NCBI GenBank assembly: GCA_002104945.1
Contig: MCFH01000079.1
Coordinates: 124,001 to 188,000 of the forward strand
Direction: 5' to 3'
Length of the DNA: 64,000 nt
From: Piromyces finnis finn
Taxonomy: Eukaryota; Fungi; Neocallimastigomycota
Part shown: piece after piece, positions 53,801-64,000 of the stretch
How the letters are laid out: every line of letters starts with the position of its first letter
Numbering within the stretch: position 1 is the stretch's first letter
Translations under genes and position numbers: made by a program
The notes under the pieces: model-generated
Databases searched by the model: none
What the model saw: the letters and a program-made list of their open reading frames with translations, nothing else
What the model was told of the DNA's origin: nothing

Positions 53801-56429
53801 AAAATAAAAGATAATAATAATAAAAAAAAGTCAAACATAAAGGAATAAAAGTAAAAAAAAAAAGAAAGAAAAATAAAATAAAAATTAAAAAATCAAAATA
53901 ATATATAATATATACATGGAAAGATAAAAGTTATAAGAATTATTATATATATTTATATATATAATGGGATTGAACTTTATATTTATTCAGTAAATATTAA
54001 TATGAATGACGACAATGACAACCATAACAATCATAACAATAATAATAACAATAAATAAGAAACATATTACTAAAAATAAAATAAATAATAAAAAAAAAAA
54101 GAATAAAAACGACAAAATAAAAACAAAAAATCAAAAGTAAAAATGAACAAACAAACAAAAAAAAAAACAAAAGTTAAACAATTAAATATTAAAAAAAAAA
54201 AAAAAGAAAATAAAAAAAAAAAAGGATTTCAAATTCAAATTTAAAATTTTCTAAACAAACCAAACGAACAAAAAACAAAAAGTAAAAAATTAAAAAAAAA
54301 AAAAAAAAGATATATATATATATACCCAAATTTCGAAAAAAAAAAGAAAAAAAAATATAATTCAACAAAAACAATATTTTTTAAATTTTTTTTTTTTTTT
54401 TTAATTATCACTACTATTATTATATTGATTAGTTTTATGATTAGTTTTTTTTTTTATTTATTTTTATTTTTATTCATTTTTATTTTTTAATGTATATATA
54501 TTTGTAAAATTATGTAAATATTTTTTTTTATATATAGTTTTAAAAACCTTTGTAATTTTTTTTTTTTAAATATTAAAAAGAAAAAAAGAATTTGTCTTGT
54601 AGTAGTAGTATCCTATTAAATATTGTATATATGTATATAAGTTGATTAGAAAAAAAAAAAAAAAAAAAAGAAATTGTAAATAATTTAAAACACCTCAAAA
54701 AAAAAAAATTTTTTTTTCTAACATTTAAAATAAAGTAACAAAAAAAAAAAAAAAAAAAAAAAAAAATAAAAAATAAAAAAAATTAAAACAAATAAATATT
54801 ATATATAGTATATAAGCTATCACTCTATTTTAGAGAATCATTGCACGCATGAATAAATTAATGTTTATATTTATGAAATGAAAACGTTTTTGATTCAATA
54901 AGTTAAAAAAAGGGCTCCACCTTAACCTAGACAATAGATACTTTATTACTAACCATAAAATACATCTTTGATAGAACGTATATTTTTTAATTATCCCATA
55001 ATAAATATCGGATAAAGAATCCATAATGTAATTCTTAAAGCAACATTTGTAAAGACTAATAAGTCTAAAATCTTTTTTTTTTTTTGTAATATCTTTTAGT
55101 CTTTTTTTAATAAAACATTTTTTTTTATGCAATAAAATGTAGGATTCTTTAACCCCCTCTCCTCCAAAAAAAAAAAAGAAATATTGGTATGAAAGAAATT
55201 TGATGATGTCGACCTGCCGTTTGGCTGACCGGACTAGTTCTTTTTAAGTATAATATAATATATTTGATTTTAATTTAATTTTTTTTTTTCTACATATAAA
55301 AAATTTTTTTTTTATTTGTTGTTAAAACAATATAAATGCTGCTTGTAAAGAAGAAGAAGGAAGAAATGGTGGTGGTAATCCTTATTTATTTATTTATTAT
55401 TTTTTTTCTGAAAAAGTTTATACAAACTAAATATTCCTTTTTCTATACCAAATCATTATTTTTATTACTCTGGATGAAGAATCGTTAGAGAAGTCCTCTA
55501 TAAAATTAGCTTTAAGGAATAGAGGAAATTGAAATTACAAAATTTATTTTTATTGGGAAGTAAGTCACGGAAATATCATAGAAAATTTTTTTTTTTTTTT
55601 TTAACTTGGAATATAGAAAGAGGAAGGAGGGAAGGAAGAACCAGAAGGATTAATGAAAAAAAAAAACTTTTAAAAAGTGAATAATAGATAACAGTTTTTA
55701 TCCTATAATTTTTTTTTATGTATAGGTTTGATATGTAAACAAAATAAAAAATTAAGAATTAACTAAAAAAAAAAAAAATAAAATAAAAATAATTTATCGC
55801 AATAAGAAAAAAATAAAACTTTTTTTTTTTAAAATTGAAGAAGTAATTACCGAAATGCCAAAAATAGTTGAGGGTTTACCTCATTAGAGGGGGAAAATGA
55901 AAATTTATTAAAAATTAAAATGAGTTTAATACTTGTAGATCGTCTATTGAATAAATAATACAATAAATAAATGGATGAAAATAATAATAATAATTGGTAA
56001 AAAGAACCCATAACATAATATTTTTTTTTTTAAAATTTTAATAGATCATTTTATTTCTTATTTCTTAAAAAAAAATAATAGATTTTATAAATTAACTTGA
56101 AAATATTTATTTATCATGGATAGATAGATTTAATAATTATAAAAAAAAATGAAAAGAAAAAAAAAATAATTTTAATGTTTTTTTTTTTTTTTTTCATTTG
56201 TTAAAAAAAATAATTTTTTAAAAATTATCTATAATTCAACTATTCATAAATAAAAATGTTATTAATAATTAGGATTAAAAAAAAAAAAGAGAAAGGATAT
56301 ATAATTTTCTCTTTAAAAAAATATTATTCTTTAATATACTACTTTATATTAAAAATAAAAGAAAATAAAAAAAAAAATTTTTTTTTCTATTGTTGTCATT
56401 GGTAAAAGTCTTTTTTTTTCGATTTAGGA

Positions 56430-58232
56430 TTAAACATTACATTTACCAAATTCAGATTGACATCCTGTGGAACAATAAGAAGAAGTAGTACCACAATATC
56501 CCTTCTTACTACAACATTGACCGCTTGGACAGGATCCCCATTCAGAACCACATTTACCTTCAGTACATTTTCCATAATTCTTTTGACAGCCAAGATTAGC
56601 AGAACAGTAGGCACCACTGGTACCACAGTATCCCTTCTTACTACAACATTGACCGCTTGGACAGGATCCCCATTCAGAACCACATTTACCTTCAGTACAT
56701 TTTCCATATTCCTTTTGACAGCCAAGATTAGCAGAACAGTAGGCACCACTGGTACCACAGTATCCCTTCTTACTACAACATTGACCGCTTGGACAGGATC
56801 CCCATCCAGAACCACATTTACCTTCAGTACATTTTCCATATTCCTTTTGACAGCCAAGATTAGCAGAACAGTAGGCACCACTGGTACCACAGTATCCCTT
56901 CTTACTACAACATTGACCGTTTGGACAGGATCCCCATCCAGAACCACATTTACCTTCAGTACATTTTCCATATTCCTTTTGACAGCCAAGATTAGCAGAA
57001 CAGTAGGCACCACTGGTACCACAGTATCCCTTCTTACTACAACATTGACCGTTTGGACAGGATCCAAAATCAATTCCATTTAGAATACCACATTTAAAGT
57101 TACATTTATTTTCATTTAAAGCGTCTTCATTACATAAACTATATGATGAAGTATTGAATATGAATATATATATAAATATATTAAATACATTATAATTTAT
57201 TTATTGATAAAAAAATAGGTTATACACGTTGAATCTATTTGTTATTGATAGTCTACACCTCATAAAATAGTATATAAAATTACTATACAAAAAAAAAAAA
57301 AAAACATTGATTTTCTTACATTTTATCAGTAGTATTAACATCTTGACAACTAAAGCAGTTATTTGATACATTTCTAATTTTTTTTTTAAAATTATTTTAT
57401 ATATATATAATTATGAATTTAATAAATTTTTTTTTAACCTATAAAGAAAAAAAAAAACTATACACTAATTTTTTTCATAGATAGACAAATAAATAAATAA
57501 AAAAAATACTAATATTTACAATTTAAGTAATTGAGTTAAATTTTTAACGGAATCTGGAATAGTTCCATCAGTTAATCTATTATTGTATAAATATCTAATA
57601 TCATTATATAAATTGTAATATATATATATAAATAAATAAATAAAAAATAAGTTTATAGATTATAAATTTAATTATAGTAATAATTAAAGAAAAAAAAAAT
57701 AGTTTTTAGTTACAAGAACTTTAAAGAAGCTAATTTTCCAATAAATTCAGGAACGGAACCAATAAAGAGATTATTATTTAATAATCTAAGTTATTTAAAA
57801 AAAAATATATATATATAGAAAGAAAGAAAGAAAGAAAGAAAGAAAAAATTTTAGAAATAATTAAAATGTGGTTTGTTCATATTAAAAATAATTTTTCTTA
57901 TCATATTGTGTATTAAAGAAAATATATAGTTACAAATTGGTTAATTTAGTTAAATTTCCAATAGAAGAAGGAAGAGTACCACTTAAATTGTTATCTTGTA
58001 AAATTCTGAAATTTTTTTTATATTTATAATAAAAATTAAAATCTTTTTTTTTTTTATGATAAAATAGTATTTATAGTTTTGTTTTATTATAGAATATAAA
58101 TGATTTTTCTTTTCTTACAATGAATCTAATTTAGTTAAATTTCCAATAGATGAAGGAATTGATCCAGTAAGCTTATTAATATTTAATTCTCTATATAAAG
58201 GTATATATAAAGAATAAATCTATTAGAAAATT

Positions 58233-58265
<33 letters not shown>

Positions 58266-59572
58266 CCATTTTTATAATGACTTTTTTAAAAAAATTATAG
58301 ATAAATTTTTTCATCTCTTACAGGATAACTAAATTTTCCAAGTTTCCAATAGATTCAGGGATATAACCAGTTAATTTATTATTACCTAAATATCTATTGA
58401 ATGAATTGGTATCATTGATAATAAAATAATTCCAAATATATATATATATATATATAATATAAAAATATTAATCATGGATTGTCCTTTTTTTTTATATTTA
58501 AAAAAAAAATATAGTTTTTTTTTATTATGAAGATTATCTTATTTACAAATTAACTAATTTTTTTAAATTTCCAATAGAAGAAGGAATTTCTCCAGTGAGA
58601 CGATTAATATTTAAATCTCTATAAGGATAGAAAAAAAATCAGTAATTAGTTTTTCCTTTGCTTAATCAAACTTTGATTATTTGTGTAAAAGTTAAAAATT
58701 ATTAAAAATTTTTTGATAGTATTACAATTCAACTAAATTTTCTAAATTTCCAATGGATTCAGGAATGGAACCAGATAAATAGTTATTACCTAAATTTCTA
58801 TAGAATTGATTTATTATATATATATATATATTTTTTTTTTTACATTTATAATAACAATAATATGAAAAAAAAGATATTATTATTATAGTACATATAAAAT
58901 ATATATATATATATTATTATTAACATGATAATAATTAGCTTTCATTACAAATTAACTAAATTTTTTAAATTTCCAATAGAAGAAGGAATTTCACCAGTTA
59001 AATCATTATCACTTAAATTTCTATATTATTTTGGTAAATAGATTATAAAAGCATTAATTTAATATAAAAACATATATATATTTTTTTTATAATAATACAT
59101 TAAATAAGAAAAAAAAAGAGACTTTACAAAATTTTTAAATTTGATAAATTTCCAATGGTAGAAGGAATACTTCCTTTTAAGGATTGGAGAGTTATTACTC
59201 TAAAAGATAGTAATAATAATAAAATATAAAAATTAATATTTTTTTTTATTTCTATAATAATAATACTAATGCTACTTCTACGACTACTACTACTACTACT
59301 ACTATCACTACTATTAATAATGCTAATAATAAAATAGGATAAAATAGGATATACTACATTTCTTCTATAGAACTCTTATCTTCTGAACATTTAATATAGG
59401 CATGCTTATTACTATATTCACAACAATCATAGTCAGCTCCTTGTCCTAATAAACTATTTATGTATTTACATTCTTCACCTACTTCTACACGTTTTAATAG
59501 TCTACCAATACTATAGCCAAATGTAGTATAGGTAACGGCTAAAAAGATACCGAATAAATTAAATAATTTCAT
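56430..59572 (-). CDS. Secreted LRR-CBM18 fusion protein (551 aa, 13 exons): signal peptide, Cys-rich N-cap, 9 LRRs, cap/linker, 5 chitin-binding domains
   Basis: Exons 59572-59358, 59199-59128, 59020-58949, 58797-58726, 58618-58547, 58393-58322, 58190-58119, 58005-57934, 57785-57714, 57594-57520, 57373-57320, 57252-57226 and 57138-56430 are all GT-AG and total 1656 nt in one frame. LRR consensus xLxxNxLxGxIPxSIGNLxxLxxL; CBM18 signature CCSKKGYCG. Confidence 0.88.
56433..57100 (-). repeat. Five coding 132-bp hevein/CBM18 repeats (44 aa, 8 Cys)
   Basis: GATCC recurs at 56533, 56665, 56797, 56929 and 57061; unit EGKCGSGWGSCPNGQCCSKKGYCGTSGAYCSANLGCQKEYGKCT. Confidence 0.96.
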
Positions 59573-60019
59573 GATACTGTTTATTTTTAATTAATTTTAA
59601 TATTGAATTAATTTTCTTTTATCTGTCCTTTTCTTCTTCTTTTCAATAAAATTTTAAAAAAGTAGATATAATATATATTTTTTAAAAAAAAAGGAAAGAA
59701 AGTAATGTAATTTTTTTTTTTAAAAAATAATCTTAAATATATATACTTTTTTAAGAAATTAAACTTTAATTATACATTAATTAAATATAAATTATAGTTT
59801 ATATATATATATATATATAAAAGAAATATTAAAAATGGGTTGAACCTTTTTTTATTATTTTTATAATATATATATTTTTTCCTAAATCATCTTTTATATT
59901 TTACCTTTTTTTTTTTTTATAATATTATAAAAATACTTTTATTTTTAATCTTGACTATTATAATGATGATGGTGTGATGACCTTTTCTAAACTTTTTTTT
60001 TATATATAAAAACAAAAAC

Positions 60020-60260
60020 TAACCGGGATCAAAAATAAAGTTTTTTTTTTGTTGGCATTTTTTGTACTACACTACTAGTCGTTAAAATAACAATAAAAAT
60101 TTATTGCATTAACCGCCATCAAATTTAATTTTTAACTTTATACGAAATGAAAATGTATTATGCACTTCTCTACCTATAGAATTAAAAAAAAAAAAAAAAA
60201 TAGTATTATTGTCATCATCATGACAATGAATAAAAAAAACTTTATTTTTGATCCCGGTTA
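60020..60260. mobile_element. MITE-like element (237 bp) with perfect terminal inverted repeats and TA flanks
   Basis: 60019-60048 CTAACCGGGATCAAAAATAAAGTTTTTTTT is the exact reverse complement of 60232-60261. It reads as TA + ACCGGG...CCCGGT + TA. No internal ORF. Confidence 0.6.
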
Positions 60261-62442
60261 GCATTTATCTATTTATTTATAGTTTTTAATTAAAATCAAT
60301 ATTATTGGTTAGAACGGTTAAGTGGTAGATACATTTAGATAATTTCTTTAACTTTTTTTTTTTTTTTTGAATTATAAAGTCTTTTTTTATGAAAAATTAA
60401 AAAATAAAAAATAAAAACAATAATAAAAATAATAGTAATACTAGTGTTATAATAATTATATATATTAACCAATAAAAAATTTTTAATATAATAGTGTAAT
60501 TAAAAATTATGTGTTTTAAAGTACAACTAAAAAAAAAAAATGTTCAATTGTACATATATAGGTTTATTTTATAGGGTGTAGTTATGTATTGTGTTAAGTA
60601 GGTTTTAGCTATTTGATACATTTCGGATAGAATTATTTTATAATAAAAACATTTTTTAAATTATATTAATATAGTAAAATATTAACTTTTACATATATAT
60701 TTTTTCTTCATAAAGTTTAAAATTGTACGAAAAATTTTTTTTTTTTTTTAACTTAAAAAGTAAATTTAATTTATCCCATTTTATTAAAAAAAAAAAGAAA
60801 AGCAACATATTTTGAAGATTGGTATAAAACATTTTAATTTATTACAAAAAAGGCTAAAGTATCATTAATTCTATCTACATAAAACAAAGATATAATTCTT
60901 TGTATATAAAAAAAATGTAAAGGAGAATGGGTAAACTTTTTTTAATAAAAAGACTTAAATAGTATTATTTGTATAGCTAAAATATTAATTATTTTCAAAA
61001 TGAGAAAAGAGAAAATTATTACTTTTAAACCTACTGGTCTCTATACTATTTAATATTTTTTTTTAATTTTAAGGAATTAAAATAACAGAAAAAAAATCTA
61101 TAAATTATTATTACTTTTTTTTATGATATTCATATTGAAATTCTTTAATTAAGATTTTTCATAATACTATTAAAAATGGTTGAAAAAAAAAAAAAGTATA
61201 TCTTTAATTAATTTATTAGTATTATCTATCTATAGTGTATTTATTACTATTTTAGCTTTTTTTTTTTATTTAATTAAATAAATGAATGTATCTAAATATA
61301 TTAATAGCATTGTAGTAGTGAAAAATTAGAAAAAAAAAAACTATCCTTATTATAATGTAAAAAATACTTTAATTTTTTTTTATAAAGAATACTTTTTCTA
61401 AATACACACATACATACATACACATAGAGTATTGGTATTATCCTTGTTACTATTATTTTCTTTTTTTTTTTTTAAAAAAAGAAATATCTACCAAAAATTC
61501 AACCAATATTTTTTGTCTACATTTTTTTTTTACTTTTTAATTAAAAAAAAAAAAAAAAAAAAAGCTTTTTTAACTTTTTTAATTAAAATAAAATATTTAT
61601 ATAAAAAAAAAAAAAACGTAGTGATTAAGTTGAAAATGGGGGTAGATGATCCATACAATGTAATCTTTTTTTTTTAAATAATGTAGACAAAAAAAAAACT
61701 ATTGTAATAAAGTGAAAAAATGTCACCCACTTTATTGGTAAAAGTAAAAAAAAAAAAAAAAAACTTTTAATAATAATTCTTTTTTTTTTAATTTAAACAA
61801 TTTTATTATTTTATTTTATTATTTTTCATTTTCTTATATATAAAGGAATAATGAATAAAAAGAGTATGTGTATACTTTCACCTCTTTCACTCATTATTAT
61901 TTCATTTTCATCTTTATTATTTTAATTATTATATATATATATATATTTATAAAAAAAAAAACTTAAAGTATCTTTTTAATTTCATTATATTGAAACTATC
62001 TTAATTTTTTCTTTTTCTTTTTTCTTTTTTTTTTTATCTTATTAAATTTCTTTCTTTTTTTTTTTTTTGTTTTATGAATTCATAATCCTGATTATTTAGA
62101 GGTTATTAAAAAAAACAAATCACTTTTTTTAATATACATTTCTTTATCTTTTATTTATTATGTTGTTTAAAATAAATAAAAAAAAAAAAATAAAATAAAA
62201 TGGGCCTATGTATTCATAAATAGATATTTATATATTATATATTATTTTGTATAGGGTAATTAAAAATTTAAGAGATAAAAAAAAAAAAAGAATTGATTCA
62301 TTTTATGAACGTTCAAGGTAGAAAATGTATCAATAATTTTTCAAAGGGCTAAGAAGAAAAAAACAAAATTTATGTATAAAAATATATATATAGAAAGGTG
62401 ATAAGAATGATAAAATGATGATAATGATTTTCTTCCCTCTTA

Positions 62443-63588
62443 TTAAGCACTAAATACAGGAGTTCTTATTTGAGATTGTTTTCTTTTTTCGTCATTACTT
62501 CTACTACGAATACACAAAACGATTATGAAAACTACAACAAATGCTAAGAAACCAATCAAGATATAAATATATATCATTTTATTTGGTATATAATAGTCAT
62601 AGATATAGTTAGTATTTTTCTCAATAGGACAATTATAGGCTTCTTCAGCAACTTCCGGGAAGGTAAAATCGGTTGAATCTTCGACAACTAAATAATCCAA
62701 AATTCTATGTTCCTCCGATTGAGAATAAAGAATGTTAAAATTATTTTTTGAAATTTGAGAATTTTTACCAATTAAAAAATAGTCGTATTTTTTATTATTA
62801 TCATTACCAGATTTAAATTCCATTCCATTAATTTTTGGGTCATCATAGGTGACATCCATAGCATACCATAAACCATCCTCCATTTGAACCAAATTCCATT
62901 CATGTGTTTTACTACTGACAATGACACTGGGTATTCCTACTAATTGACAAATATAGGTGAAGGCTTCAGCATATCCTTCACAAACACTTGCATGCTCAAC
63001 TAAAGCACCGTATAAATTATACAAACTATACTCTTCTCCGTTTTGGTAGACAACATTTTTAATTAAATAATCATGAATTTGTTGTAATTTATGACAAGTG
63101 GAGGGTTGTTTTTTCACATTTTCAATTAAACCACTAATATTTTTATTAACTTTATCTAACATACCAACCAATTCTTCTTCTTCATAGCTACGTTTAAAAG
63201 AAATTTTTATTTTTTGAATGACATTATCTAACGTGGTAATCGACTGTTGATTTCCACGACCAACCCAAAAATATTTTGGATTATCCATAACAAAGGCACT
63301 TGTTACTCTTAAACCTGCATGTGAAGCATCATTTGCATCGTTTAACTCAACATTAGAGATAGTAAAATCGTATAATGGGTGTCCGGTTTCCAAACCCTCT
63401 TCTAATTGTTCTTTTAATTTATCATATATAATTTTTTCATAACTATGTAATTGGTTGTAATAATAATATAAAGATGATTGTTGGTCATTTTCTCTTTTTT
63501 GAATGGTGGTGTTATATGTAATAGAATAAGAAAATATTGTATAGAATACAAATCCTGATAATATGATAAAGTGATTAAAAAATTTCAT
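62443..63588 (-). CDS. Intronless transglutaminase-like (Cys-His-Asp) type I membrane protein, 381 aa
   Basis: Signal peptide, triad motifs SVCEGYA / HEWNLV / AMDVTYDD, a C-terminal TM helix IYIYILIGFLAFVVVFIIVLCI and a basic cytosolic tail. Confidence 0.88.
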   Translation of the reverse strand: MKFFNHFIILSGFVFYTIFSYSITYNTTIQKRENDQQSSLYYYYNQLHSYEKIIYDKLKEQLEEGLETGHPLYDFTISNVELNDANDASHAGLRVTSAFVMDNPKYFWVGRGNQQSITTLDNVIQKIKISFKRSYEEEELVGMLDKVNKNISGLIENVKKQPSTCHKLQQIHDYLIKNVVYQNGEEYSLYNLYGALVEHASVCEGYAEAFTYICQLVGIPSVIVSSKTHEWNLVQMEDGLWYAMDVTYDDPKINGMEFKSGNDNNKKYDYFLIGKNSQISKNNFNILYSQSEEHRILDYLVVEDSTDFTFPEVAEEAYNCPIEKNTNYIYDYYIPNKMIYIYILIGFLAFVVVFIIVLCIRSRSNDEKRKQSQIRTPVFSA

Positions 63589-64000
63589 TTTCGAAAAAAA
63601 ATTTTATATTAATATAACAATAATGTGGATAAAAAAATATTTATGGTATTATTATTCCTTTTTTTTTTTTTTTCCAAAAGAGTAATTGGTATTATTATTA
63701 TTATGTATTTATATATGTATACTCTTAGAGTAGGTATAAAATGTATATTAGGGTATGACAATATTATGACAATATTTTGATTTTGTTTAAAATTTCAATA
63801 TATTTATGTATTATTTATATATAGATTGGATATAAGTTTGTATTTAATGATGAAAGTATATATATATTTGAATGCAAGTCTGTAATTTGTGATAAATGTC
63901 GAAAAAAAAAAATAAGAATTTGCCAATAATAAATACTTATTGATTAATGAGTTTGAAAGTATTATTTTAAACTTTTATAAAAGTATAAATATATACAATG

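Noticed and set aside
56396-57083. Track ORFs of 227 aa (-) and 208 aa (+)
   Set aside because: These are wrong frames. The Cys-rich CBM18 frame begins at a splice acceptor (57138) with no ATG of its own.

Overview
Extremely AT-rich, intron-rich eukaryotic DNA with GT-AG introns and the standard code. The base composition, a presequence-bearing succinyl-CoA synthetase and tandem hevein/CBM18 domains point to an anaerobic gut fungus (Neocallimastigomycota); this is an inference. Contents left to right: (1) the 5' part of an apparently intact non-LTR retrotransposon on the minus strand, with one ORF joining an RRM-like domain, a Q/S linker and an AP endonuclease and running off the window, plus a hairpin-rich tandemly repeated 5' leader; (2) a 1370-aa disordered protein with PEVK-like repeats and a Borg/CDC42EP BD3-like C-terminus; (3) an intronless GH18-like TIM-barrel gene; (4) an orphan 7-exon membrane protein; (5) housekeeping genes Shp1/p47, SCS alpha, Cdc34, an Atg15-type lipase and a Tra2-like SR protein; (6) an 11 kb gene-poor stretch and an intronless acidic disordered protein; (7) a 13-exon secreted protein with nine plant-type LRRs, each on its own frame-symmetric exon, fused to five near-identical chitin-binding CBM18 domains; (8) a MITE-like element upstream of it; (9) an intronless membrane-anchored transglutaminase-like protein. 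The LRR-cassette/CBM18 gene is the best candidate for an undescribed system. All exon models were assembled by eye and need RNA-seq confirmation. No database searches were run. No tRNA, rRNA or CRISPR array was seen.
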